64,000 nucleotides of DNA from Octopus sinensis (Eukaryota), in contig NC_043014.1 of the NCBI RefSeq assembly GCF_006345805.1, positions 1,674,001 to 1,738,000 on the forward strand, in the 5' to 3' direction. Below the pieces are notes generated by a model that worked only from the letters and a program-made list of their open reading frames with translations, ran no database searches and was not told where the DNA came from. This document shows, in pieces, positions 1 through 13,500 of this stretch. Every line of letters starts with the position of its first letter. Positions within the stretch are counted from its first letter, which is position 1. A program made the position numbers and the translations under genes.

Positions 1-28
1 AGAAATAAATGAGGAGAGAATAACTTAC

Positions 29-108
29 GTGTTTTCGTGATACAATTTGACACCTTTGATGAAGTTATGTACAACACAGCGGAATTGATGATAGCGTTGA
101 TGCCATAC
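29..108 (-). CDS. USP25: USP25 exon 21 ([26 protein letters not shown])
   Basis: 80 nt; homologous to EWHQDYRKFR; donor GTAAGT. Confidence 0.9.
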
Positions 109-3100
109 CTGTAAAACAGAACAGAAACCTTGATAAACACAGAGAATACCTTCTTTAAGAATGTCTAACAATGGCGAGAAGAAAGAGAATATCTCCAACT
201 CTACTTAGTTATCAGTCAATAACCCTCTCTCACCCGTCTCCTCTCTAGTGCAAGTGTCACAATACAATGTACTCAATACACAGTGTTAAGTGTGGAGTTG
301 CGAGAACACTTTTGCATAGTCAAGACATAACCTCACTATTGTTGGTCACATCGTTCCAGGTTCAGTCCCACTGCATGGCACCTTGGGCAAGTGTCTTCTA
401 TAGCCTGGTACCAACCAAAGCATTGTGAGGAGATTTGGTAGACAGAAACTGAAAGAAGCCCATCGTATACATGTGTGTGTGTGTGTGTGTGTGCATGAGC
501 ACACACACACGTGTGATTGTGTTTGTGTTTGTCTCCCACCACTGCTTGACAACCAGTGTTGGTGTGTTTACATCCCCGTAACTTAGCCGTTTGTCACAAC
601 GAAAGACCGATAGAATAAGTACCAGGCTTTACAAAGAAATAAGTCCTGGAGTCAATTCAGTCAACTAAAAATTCTTCAAGGCAGTGCCCCAGCACGGCCA
701 CAGCTTAATGACTGATACAAATAAAAGAAAAAAGACACCAATACTAATTACAGAAGGTGAGATACAAAAACATTGTGCCTTTGATTGGTAATATTTTAAG
801 GAATCTTATAACACCAGTCATTCCACGTTCTGTGTGAAGATGGTAAAAACGCAGACAATAACTGAAGGGGGGATAATCAAGGTTTAACAGAAAGCTGATA
901 GTCTAATCCAGAAGATAATGCTCAAGTAACTGAAGACAGCTGGTCATTAATCTAAATTACATAATCCTTAATCTGAGCAGTAGCAGCTGCTTCTGGACGT
1001 GGCCAAGTCTACGGTGATCACTGGACGTTTGGTAGTCATGTGATATTTCTTAGGAATAAAATATTTAGACTTATTAAGACATTTTATACACGTTTACAAA
1101 AACTAATTTGTCGGGATTAATGTATGGTAACTAATAATAATAATGTCGAGGTTCATACAATTCCGTTATGTAAGTCGGCTCCTATTCTTTGGTAATTTTC
1201 CTAAAAATTTAACATGGGGGGAGGGGGTCCTACTCCATGCAAATATCTCAAAAAAAAAGAAAAAAAAAAGAGGGTATTGGATGGAGTATCATAAGAAAAT
1301 ATGTTTAATAAACCTATTTCTTTACTACCCACAAGGGGCTAAACACAGGGACGACAAACAAGGACAGACAAACGGATTAAATCGATTATATCGACCCCAG
1401 AGCGTAACTGGTACTTAATTTATCGACCCCGAAAGGATGAAAGCAAAGTCGACCTTGGCGGAATTTGAACTCAGAACGTAGTGGCAGACGAATTACTGCT
1501 AAGCATTTCGCCCAGCGTGCTAACGTTTCTGCCAGCTCAAACCACTGCGCAAGATGATCTGTTCTTTGGTTTTTTTATTTTTAGGCATGGACGGAGGGCT
1601 GTTTTCTCATTCAGTGAGAAAATAGATAGCGGTCATATACTGGGGATTTATTCAATTCAATAATTTGATAATCCCCTAAAAATAAGTATTTATGTCCCAA
1701 TAGAGTTTCTCTTCTATATATCATCCACATCCTCCATAACCGAACTGACTGGATGTGTGTTCAATATAAGAACTAGCACCCAATGACACAGTCACTCTAG
1801 TTTCTTCTTCCATACTTAATAATCAGTCAATCAATCAACAAATCAATATTCAATTTACCATATATTCTCTGCTCCCATGTTTGCCACTTTGTTGTTGAAT
1901 TTCTTCTTCACATTTGAATGCTTCTTGTCGGATTTTCTTGGCTCTGACAAATAAACAGAAACAATTAGCAACAACAAATATTGGTGTGTGTGTGTGTGTG
2001 TGTATGCAAATACTGGCATCTGTATGCATAAATACATTTATATTGGTGCTTTGTGTGAGGAGATACATCTATTAGTGTTAAGAAGGGCATCCAGCCTTAG
2101 GAACCATGTCACAACAGACCGCTGGAGTGTGGACAACTCCTTGCTAGCCAGCTCCATGCCAAACTGTCCAACCCATGCCAGCAAGGGGAGCAGACGTTAA
2201 ACGATGATTGGTGTGTGTGTGTGTGTGCGCGCGTATAGACATGTATATTGGTAGGTGTGTGCAGAGATGCACACAAATATATAACTTGTACATCATCAAC
2301 CTGCCTTAAGTTTTTCCGCTAAAAAAGTGTTCACTGGTAACACTTCTGTCCTCGATTACAGTAGCTCTGATTGTGTGTATATACATCTCTAATGATAAAG
2401 ATCTGAACACACAGCATAAAACGCAGGAACTAAACACTTGAAAAGTATTTTGTCTATAAAATTACCTTGGATCATAGGGTGACATGCAATGCTTGAGGAG
2501 ACCTATTGAGTCAGGTACATTAAAATCAAATGGAAACTACAGTTGTGATCCCTGTGCCATTGGCATGTAAAAAGCCCCATCTGAACATGGCCAATGCCAG
2601 TGCCGCCTTGACTAGCTTCCATGCTAGTGGCACATAAAAAGCACCAACTGATTGCCAGCCCCTTCTGGCTCCTGTGCTGGTGGCACGTAAAAAGCACCCA
2701 CTACACTCTCGGAGTGGTTGGCATTAGGAAGGGCATCCATCTGTAGAAACACTGCCAGATCAGACTGAAGCCTGGTACAGCCTCCTGGCTTCCCAGACCC
2801 CAGTCGAACTGTCTAACCCATGCCAGCATGGAAAACAGATGTTAAACAACGATGATGATGTCCTAACAATTCTACCAAACCTTTCCCTTATTTGAGGGGA
2901 ATTCCTGAATATTTCAAAAGAGAAATACAATTATACTTTCTAAACACTATCAACCCACAAATACTGTTTTTTTTTGTTTTGTTTTGTTCTTTGAACCATA
3001 GCTGTAATCAGTGACACACATCCCAGCACTAAATTCAACTCTGCTCTAGAACAATGTACCATTGCTCCAAACGCTACACCACATAGATAAATCTGCCAAA

Positions 3101-4482
3101 AAACAAGACTCACCGAGGATCTCGATCCAAGATTGAAAGATTAGAAAACTGTTCCAATAACACTCGTTTTATCACATTATAATTTGCATTGTTATCGAAG
3201 AGGTAGACCAGAATATGGTCAAGGCGTGGGTCCTGACGGGGTAAAACATCATCATGGACAGTCTTCGCAAGAGATTTTAATCTTTCAAGTTCTTTGTCAA
3301 TAGCCTACACAAAAGAAACAAATACAATTTATATCGATGTGAACAATGGAAGGGTTGAAAACAGCATCATAGATATTGGCATTGGGGAACATGTGCTGTT
3401 CTTCAAGTTACTAGCAAAAGTCATTAAATGTAGCTGGTGTCAGCCAGGGTGACATGTATTTTAACAAAATTCACCAAAGACAAACAAGATGTCCTGTGAA
3501 AAGCTTAACATCGTCCAAGTCCTCAGATACAGGGAAGAAAACTATGGAAAGTGCTACTATGTATTACTTAAAAGTAACCATTTCTTTACAGCCAACAGAC
3601 ATATTGACAAAGTTTAGAGGAAGAGTAATTATATATATATAATGAGGGTTATTAATGGATTAATAGGAATACTTGTGATAGGGTTCCTACACTGACAAAA
3701 GGATTTGCAGTAAAGACAGATCTAAATAAATATATGATCACTGGCAGCTTTTCAGAGCTGACATGATTTGGGTTGGTCCATTTCCAATATCATTTTCCAC
3801 CTCATCACAGTCCTTCATCATCTCCTTTATGAAGCCCAGCATCTATCCACCTATTCCCTGTTCTTCCTCTGGCTACTTCGAACCATCTGCATCATTTGAC
3901 ACATTTTCATCCATCTACCATTCTTCAAACTCATCACATCATGATGCAATCTCTGCTCTGGCACACACTAGCTGATACCTCTAAACAGCCTGCTTTCTCT
4001 CAGCTCCTTTGCTCATAAATGTAGGCATTACACATCCAGCCATGTGACTGCTTCCTCCCCAACCCACAAGTTTCTGCACATTCTCCCAAATTCAGCACCC
4101 TCCTCCATATTACTACCATTCAACAGGACGCATCACATAGAAAGATGGGAAAAAGTAACATTTCCTACAAAAATCAATCCTTGTATCTGCAGTAAACCAA
4201 AGAGTCATACTAATGACTACACCAAGGTGACATCACAACTTTAACCATCCAAATTAAAAGCCATTACCTAACAAGGATTATACATACCAAACAGCCTATA
4301 AAGAGGGAGTTCAGTCCACACAATATGGTATTTTATACACACATATGTAGGCATGTGTGTATGTATGTATGTATATTTCTTGACATCTTAAAACTGATGT
4401 AATACTTACAGTGATTAATAAAATGAAGTAGCATGAAACAATTGTACTACACTACCTTGGATATACTTGCTGCTTATTTTGA

Positions 4483-4513
<31 letters not shown>

Positions 4514-7500
4514 GAAAAGATACAATGAAAGCTTCAAACAATGTAGAAAGTTTAAAAAAAGAAAAGCCTATACTTCAGGCACAAAGGCCTATCTTCAGAA
4601 GAAGAAGAATACAATTTAAGAAATGTGTATTCACATAAATCCTGCCTTTTCAGATAGTTCAGTGCTGGTGTTAGTAGCAACAGCTCCCCAAATGCTGGTG
4701 TTATTGGTGTCGTAGAGGAACAGTGGAGACTGGCTGTAGGTTGGCAGCAGCAGCAGTGGTGGTGGTCGTAATAACAATTGTCCATGGTGGAGAATGCTGT
4801 GGTAGTAACAGCAGTTGGTGATGACAATGATGAAGTCCACATTGGTGTAGTCGGAGATGGTGGTATGTGCCATGGTGATGGCATTGATAGTGGTGTCTGT
4901 TCCTGTAGAAGTCATTGGCAAGGTGGCTGATGGCTGTCAACAACTTTCTATTTACACTTTCTGCATCGTTAGAAGCTCTATTCCTCATCTCGTTCATTAT
5001 TCTTCTACTGCACTACAAGGCTTCAAGCAAACGAAACCACTCTTTTTTATACAAGACAGATAAGGCTGTAATATTGGCAGACAGAGACAGATGGAAGCTA
5101 TAACTACAAAAGGATTAATAAACTGACCGCTGGGTTTACAGTTTTAATAGTGAGACATGCAACAGTAGAAACACTGCTTGCTGGACGGTGTGGGGGGGGT
5201 GGTCTGTGAAAGGGGTTAACAAACACAACAGTTGTAAGTAGATGAGGAATGAGTGACAGGAGAGGATTACCTCATTCAGGGCAGCATTAGCACCTTTCTT
5301 TACAAACACCTCTCCCTCCATAGCAGCAGTAAGAGCTTTGATTGTGTGTTGAAATGACAACTGAGCATGAACTTCAGATAACGGAGACGTTCTTTTGGCA
5401 AAAGACTGCATCTGGCTTTGTACTGGTGGTTGTGGCGGTGGTGGCTGTTGTTGTGGTTGTTGCTGTTGCTGTTGTGTTTGGGTACTTACATTCTGACCTG
5501 ACAGACAAAATAGATTTACATCAGAACATGTAAAAAAAAATTGTCTCAATCCTAACAAAAGTAGACGACCTCAGGTGTTAGCTGTGTTAGTGTACCACCA
5601 TGAAGCAAGTTAACAATATCATTAATATTACAAACTAGATCCACTGCAAACTTTCTTTTCAAAGAGAAAACAATACTTAACACTACCTGTTCACATACCA
5701 GTGTCTGTCATCCAAAAAGCTTGTCCAACTGACCACATGCATAAGTGCCTCTACATCCACACAACGGCAGCTGTCCTTGCCCACACATGTAACAGCCCAC
5801 CTCCTGCCCACACATGCATCCTGCCACTCTACTCACCTGCACTTGCAACAGCCTGCTTCCTTACCTACACACGCAACAACCCATGTACAAATCGACCAAA
5901 TACCTGTCCACATAATCATCTGGTTGTCTCAATAAGACTGTCTACTTATCCACCCCACAGTCTACCTATTTCCCCCCACATGCTTACAAAGTCCACATGG
6001 TAGTCGACCCATCTACTTTTCCTTCTCTACATCCTAAAAGTGCTAGAAAGAAAAAGACATTTCAAATTCAATTCAAACGTAATTCAAGACAAGTCAACAC
6101 AAAGCTACAATCCGATTCAACACAAGGCCATAAAATGCTCACTATTTTTACTTTTTGAAACTGGATTGATCTCTTGATCCCCGACAGCGGACGCCGCCGC
6201 TGCCGCCGAGGCCGCAATCTTCTTCATTTGCTCCCGGTCCCAGTCTTCAATTTCCTTCATAAACTTTCGGTTGTCTTCAGTAACAAGCTGCTGGAGATAG
6301 GGTGGTAACTGTGAGATTGGTGATGCCGTGTCCTCGTTAACTGCGAAGAGACAAAAGGTGCAGAGATGACAGAACAAATACGGAAGGTCTAAGACAAAAG
6401 AGAAGAAGTTTAGTGTAACCAGGAAGTTAAATAAGGAGAGAAAAATCACAATTCTTCAGTATGACTTCAGAAACCAAAACAGGGCAAAGCCAAAACTGAA
6501 GTTTGAGAGATTTATATCAGCTACTTTCACTTAATGATGCCAAAAGCATAAGGAAATAATTACCCTCTCTCTCTTTCGGAGAGGCACTGAGCACCTACAC
6601 GCACACATACACACACGGCAGTAACTCCCACTTACCGAATTCAATCACAAAGCTCCGGGCCATAGTGGAAGACACCTACCCAAAGTGCCATGCAGTGGGA
6701 CTGAACCTGAAACCATGTAGTTAGGAAGCAAGCTCCCTAACCACACAGCCATGGTAAATGGAGTACAGTGACTACTCAGAGTTTAAGAATAGTGAACATA
6801 TAAAGTCAGCAGCAGCAGAAGCATTTTACATTCCAGGCCAGCAGGGGTTAGAGGGTTTGTCACAATTCAAGTGATTTCTTATTGGGAGCTACTGCTCCTA
6901 CAGACTGATGCTTCCACGAGTCATTTGGTTTCATTGCCAAGGTTGGATGCCCTTTCTAATTCATAGTAAAGAACAGATAGTGGCAAAATGAATTACTTTA
7001 GAAGTGTGTGTATTCTTCTCCATTTTGGTCATCATATGCCTCACAAGATGATGGCTACACTCTTGAAAAAGGCCCCCTACAAGGCCCAAGCAAAGTTTTT
7101 TTTTTTCAGTAAAAGACCACTAGTTACCCCTTACCTATCAAATGATAAAGGCAAGGCTCATACATTCTGGTATTGGTGTCATTGCAGTTATTGCAAAGAG
7201 CCAGAAGGTATCCCCTTCCAATGCTAGAATAGTTTCTGCCAATCCATTGCCCTATATTGGCATTTTGTCAACCTTGAAAGGATGACAAGCAAAGTTGACC
7301 TCCCTGGTGTGATTTGAACTCAGAATGCACAGAATCACACCAAATACCTCAAGACATTCTATCAAGTACACAAACAACTTTGCCATCATCATCACCATTT
7401 ACTGTCAGCTTCCCATCGGTTGAATGGCCTGACAGTATCCAGCAAGTGGTAGGGCTGCAACAAGCTCCAGTGTCAACTCTGGCGTGTTGTCTCAGACTGG

Positions 7501-10500
7501 ATGTCCTTCCAAACACTACTATTCAAATACACAAACTGACCATTACTGAAGAAAAGAGTTAGAAGAGAATGAAGAATCAGAACTAAAGATCCACAAAACT
7601 CACCTGTTTTCATATCAGCTCGGTTTTGGTCAATGTAAATGAGACAGTAAGCCGTGGCATTGTGGTAGCCACCAACACTCTCTTTCTCTAACTCCTCCCA
7701 AGTCGCTTCACTCACGGTTATGTCATTAAACTTCAGCCAGCGCTGTTTCTTCAAGTCAAAGATGTAAGCCCAGTAGTGACCAGATGCTGTTTGGCCCTCA
7801 TGGACAAGGACAGCATGCAAATGGTAGGGGTACTGTAACAGAATATAAAAAAACATCAAATGAGTCTTGTGTGTGTGTGTGTAAGCAAGTGTAAAAAATC
7901 AGTTCCCGGTTCAATCCCACATTTTTTAGTCTACGTCTAATTCCTTAGTCTATATGAAAAAAAAACTTGTTAACCCATTAGCATCCAGATTACTTTGTCT
8001 AAAGTAATGCTTATTTATTCAGATTGTTTTGAATTAATTTTGCACTTTCTTGTATCTTTGAAAGTAATGATGTGATCCTTTTCAGAATGACATTGTAGAG
8101 TAAGTGAGAAAGGCCAGATCTCGTTGGTTTGAACAGAAAAACATGTAGAATATTTGGACTGGATAAGGCCAGGTTAAATGTTAAAAGGGTAAGCTAATTA
8201 CCATGTTAATAAATTAACCCTGCATGTGTTATGATTGTAATTAAGACCTTAATTAGTTCTACATATGTTGTTACGACAGTAATTAGCACTTTCATTTTAC
8301 CTATGATGCTATAAATGTAATTACATAAATGTACATCCTGCTTTAATTATAATTACCACATTAATTAGCTCTTTACATACATGTTACTATTATTGTAATT
8401 ACTACTAGGTCTTCATTATGTTGTTATAAACGTAATTAACACATAAATCTAATCCATCATATGTCGTTACAAATGAACTTATTAAATGGATAAGATCTAA
8501 GTTGTAATTACCACATTAATTAGTTCTGTACATGTTGCCATCATTCTAATTACTACATAATTTAATTATTACCTAAAGGAATTCTAAACATGTTCTCATT
8601 GTAGAATTAATTACATGGTAATTAACAAAGGCTATTAAAAATGTAGTTTATGGCACTTGTGCCAGTGGCACATAAAAAGCACCGTTTGAGTGTTGGGGCT
8701 CATGGAGGCAGTGACATGTGACTGAGACCTTTGGATATACACCCTGCTTGTGTTGACCTATCAAGCCAAGTGAGGCTGTAGTCTCGTGACTGATGCCAGT
8801 GTCAGGACATTGGAACTCATGACGGTGGCACATAAATACCCACTGTGCTGGTGGCACGTAAAAAGCACCAACTGATTGTGGCCACTGCCAGCCTTGCCTG
8901 GCACGTAAAAAGCACCCACTACACTCATGGAGTGGTTGGCGTTAGGAAGGGCATCCAGCTGTAGAAACTGCCAGATCAGATTGGAGCCTGGTGCAGCCTC
9001 CTGGCTCCCCCGGTCGAACCGTCCAACCCGTGCTAGCACGGAAAACAGACATTAAACGATGATAATGATGATGACTCTCAAAGTGGCTGGCATTAGGAAG
9101 AGCATCCAACCATAGAAACCTTGCCTAATCAGATCAGAACCAGATGTAATCACCACCCCCATTTACCCACTGCCCCAGCTTACAAGTTTTTAGTCAAACT
9201 GGACATTAAATGATAACAGATAGTTATACTATGACATAATATATTACCACATAATTTAACCCCGTTACTGTCACTACTACTACTACCACAATAACTACCA
9301 ATGCTATTACTACTACTACTACATTTATTTATCCCAATACAAAGTATGCCATACCTTCTGCATGCCAGCATCACTGTACATTTCGTTGATCTTGCTCTCC
9401 AAAATACTTATATTTTCTTGCAGTTCTAGAAAATAAACAACAACAGATTAACACATTGGGACTGTTATAAACCCCTACCACTACCACCCAATACCATGCC
9501 TTCATAAGGTTCTCGAAAATGCTGAGACACTAGGGTGGGACATTCCGTCAGTCAAGCAAACCAAGACAAACAGAGTGGTAAGTAATGTTTTTTTTGCCCC
9601 AAAAATTGTCACAAAACAATGCCTGCAGTAAGATTTGAACTTGTAACTTTTCTCACCAGATAAACAGTAACTGTGACATCTGAATTATAACCACTCCCCC
9701 AACCCCTCCCATCCGAATTCTGAAATTTAGCCACTCCCCCAACCCCTCCCATCCGAATTCTGAAATTTAGCCACTCCCATCAACATCCAAGTAATTTTCA
9801 CTAATGTTTAGACTTGAGTGTTTTGTGTCTTCATTTTTACATGTAAAACAGTAAACACTTAGAATACTGATTATTTAAATGAAAAGATCGTTAGGAAGGG
9901 CATCCAGCCATAACAACTACGGAACCTGGCGTGGCCTCCTGTCAGGCTGTCCAACCCACGCCAGCATGGGAAATGGATGTTAAATGACGATGATGATCAG
10001 AATATAGAGAGCATCCAACCACTATATAAAGAATCATGGCACTCCGTCGGTTGCAACGACTAAGGTTCCAGTTGATCCGATCAACGGAACAGCCTGTTCG
10101 TGAAATTAACGTGCAAGTGGCTGAGCACTCTACAGACATGTGTACCCTTAACATAGTTCTCAGGGAGATTCAGCATGACAAATACAGGTACAACAGAAAC
10201 AGGAAGAAAGAGTGAGAGTAGGTTTTGGTGAAAGAGTACAGCAGGGTTCACTGCCACCTGCTGCCAGAGCCTTGTGGAGCTTGAGGGGTTTTTGCTGAAT
10301 AAACACAATGCCCAGTCTGGGAGTCAAAACTGCGATCCTGTGATCATGAGTCTGCTGCCCTAGCCACTGGGTCATTGCACCTCCTCATATAAAGACTATC
10401 CGACTACTGTATAGAAAACATACCACACCCATATTCAATAATAGATTGTCATGTCAATTTCCATGGATCAGCATCCAGTTGTTCTGTCAACCAGATGAGT

Positions 10501-13500
10501 ATGTTGTATAGAGCCAAATCAAGCTGTTTCAAAAGATTATATTCTTTAATACACACACAGGTTATCACATCATTATATCATCTCTCTCTATATAAATGGC
10601 AGTTTGTCTGTGTGTCTGTCAGGTTGTACCCTCGACCTGACCACGGCTTTCAACCGATTCTGATGAAACTTGACACACACTTAGCCCAATGTCATAATTC
10701 AAAACTAACGCAGGGAAAATTTTGAAAAGTTCCCCCAGTTCTGAAAAAGATTGATAAATTCGACATGGGGTCAACAATCTAAGCTTTTCAGATGCAACAC
10801 ATTTTCTGTTTTCGCAACTTGCAATTGATTTTCACCAATCTCATGGTGAAGCTTAATGTTACCCTAAGAAACTTAATTCTGACGTTAGTTTTCCATACAC
10901 TACCTTACCACCAGCAAAATCGATAAAATCATGCCATTTTGTATTAAACACAAACCACAGACTGCCTTACATACCCGGGCGACGCCGGGCTATGCTGCTA
11001 GTAAAAATATATTTCCTAGTTTGGGAAGTAGATGTGAGAAAAAACCCTGAGTATGCCATTATTATGGTGCTAAGTGGAAATAATTAAAGAACTAATTAAA
11101 AGTGAGCAGTTTTGCATATACGCACCTCTTACTTCATTCTCTACTTCAGTTCGCCACCGACATAAGCAATCCTGCAGAACTTGAAGCTCGCTTTCAGATA
11201 TATTTTTAGGGGCTGGGTTAGGTACCTTGATGGTCAACATAGGACTGACTGGAGGTGAATTAATATGAGGAGATGCTTGATCTAGTGTCTCTGAACCAAC
11301 ACTGCTGGAAAAAACAGGGAAAGAGAAAAAAAACAAAAAAAAGAAAGAAAACATTACAACTATTTATATTTATATTCAAAACATACAGTTATTTCTGTTT
11401 CTTTTGGAAATTATTATGTCAGAATACCAAATAAGAATATGTCCCAGATTCTCACAAATATATTTCACAATGGAACACATCGATAAACTCGTTAGGAAGG
11501 GCATCCAGCCATAGAAACCAAGCCTAAGCAGATGTTTGGTGCAATCCCCTGGCATGCCAGCACCTGTCCAGCTCGTGCCAGCATGGAAAACATTAAATGA
11601 TGAGGATTTTTTGGCCAAAGTCAATGCCAAAACTGTTAAATCAAACAGAACTTGTTTGAAAAGCCCCAACCCACTGTTTAATCCATCTCCTATTTATTTT
11701 AAATTAAACGACACTTTAATCTTATATTCCAGACCACATGACCCTTTAATCCATCCACTATTTATTCTAAACCAAACAATTCTTACGTATCTCCTACTTA
11801 ATCTACAAACAACTCTTGTCTCCCAGCTATTTATTCTCAACCACTAGACTACACCTTTTTGTCTATCTGCTATTTGTTATTAAACCATATTACTTGTTAA
11901 TCTGTTATTTATTCCAAAGCCCTACCTAAGAGAGGCAAACAAACCAATACAGGCTAAATTTTCACTCTGCAACGACTGTCGGCAACTAATCATCTTGCTG
12001 TTCTTACCTCAACCACATGGAAGGAATTACATTCATTTGAAAACAAACAAAATAAGTGAAAAACAGGAAAAAATGAAAATTTGAAAATTGATTAAGAAAA
12101 CCGTCAGAAAGTGACTTGTGGAGTTGCCTCTTGATGTCTATATACTCTTTTACTCTTTTACTTGTTTCAGTCATTTGACTGTGGCCATGCTGGAGCACCG
12201 CCTTTAATCGAGCAACTTGACCCCGGGACTTATTCTTTTGTAAGCCCAGTACTTATTCTATCGGTCTCTTTTGCCGAACCGCTAAGTGACGGGGACGTAA
12301 ACACACCAGCATCGGTTGTCAAGCAATGCTAGGGGGACAAACACAGACACACAAACATATACACACACACTTATATATATATACATATATACGACGGGCT
12401 TCTTTCAGTTTCCGTCTACCAAATCCACTCACAAGGCATTGGTCGGCCCGGGGCTATAGCAGAAGACACTTGCCCAAGATGCCATGTAGTGGGACTGAAC
12501 CCGGAACCATGTGGTTGGTTAGCAAGCTACTTACCACACAGCCACTCCTGCGCCTATATATAACTACATTCCCTGCACAAACAAAATCTATTCTGTTTGA
12601 ATGAAAACCCAATCAATTGAATCTTCTACTGAAGAATTACAGATCACTTACCCAGACGTCGATGGTTTCGGAGACACCATTTCAACATCGTTGAAACCAC
12701 TGTTGTCTTTCACAGGAGTATCATCACAGCCTCTCTTACTCTCGGCAAATTCTAAAGCATACTGCAAGACATCTTGCAGAGGGACCCTCTTCCTTCCAGA
12801 CCCATAATTAATAAAGCTGAAAAAGAACATCAGAAAATTTGAGTATCAAAAACACAAAGAGTCACAAATGTTCAAAGACTGACAACTGACCGGTTGATTA
12901 TTCTGGGGTATCAGCGGAATAGTATCTTTTACAGGTGACTGTTTTAATATTTTATATTTTACTTGTTTCAGTCATTAGACTGTGGCCAGGCTGGGGCACC
13001 ACCTTGAAGAATTTTTAGTCAAATGAATCGACCCTAGGACTTATTTCTTTTGAAGCCTGGTATTTGTTTCATCAGCCTCTTTTGCCAAACTGCTAAGTCA
13101 CAGGGCATAAACACACCAGTTGTCAAGCAGTGGGACACATACATACACACGACGAGCTTCTTTCAGTTTCCACCTACCAAATCCACTCAGGGCTTTGGTT
13201 GGCCTGGAGCTATAGCAGAAGACACTTACCCAAGGTGCCATGCAGTGGAACTGAACCTGGGACCATGTGCTTTGGAAGCAAGCTTCTTACCACACAGCCA
13301 CACCAGAGCCTAATCTCAAAGGGAATGAATTAAAGTTAAACAGCTTCTCCTGCATCCATCAGTAACTGAAATTGCTAAAGGATAATTTTCAGAGTCATGG
13401 CTGTGTGGTTAAGAAGGTTGGTTTGGAACCATGGCGTTTCAGGTTCAGTCCTGCTGTGCAACTTGGGTATTTTCTATTGGGCTGACCAAAGACTTGTGAG

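Noticed and set aside
4566-4598. Hammerhead-like CTGAAGA-TAGGC...GCCT-GAAG on the minus strand
   Set aside because: GAAA core is GAAG and there is no valid stem III or NUH site; at best a dead PLE remnant.
4552-4997. Three overlapping minus-strand ORFs inside the USP25 locus
   Set aside because: Low-complexity CAC/CAT/CTG sequence; exons 18 and 19 already join in frame and no family similarity is seen.
12000-12090. Pyrimidine tract plus GAG|GTAAGA resembling a recursive splice site
   Set aside because: GAG is a poor acceptor and the intron is only 1.3 kb.
12470-12554. tRNA-like sequences at SINE heads
   Set aside because: No complete cloverleaf or acceptor stem; each continues into a SINE body, so they are not tRNA genes.
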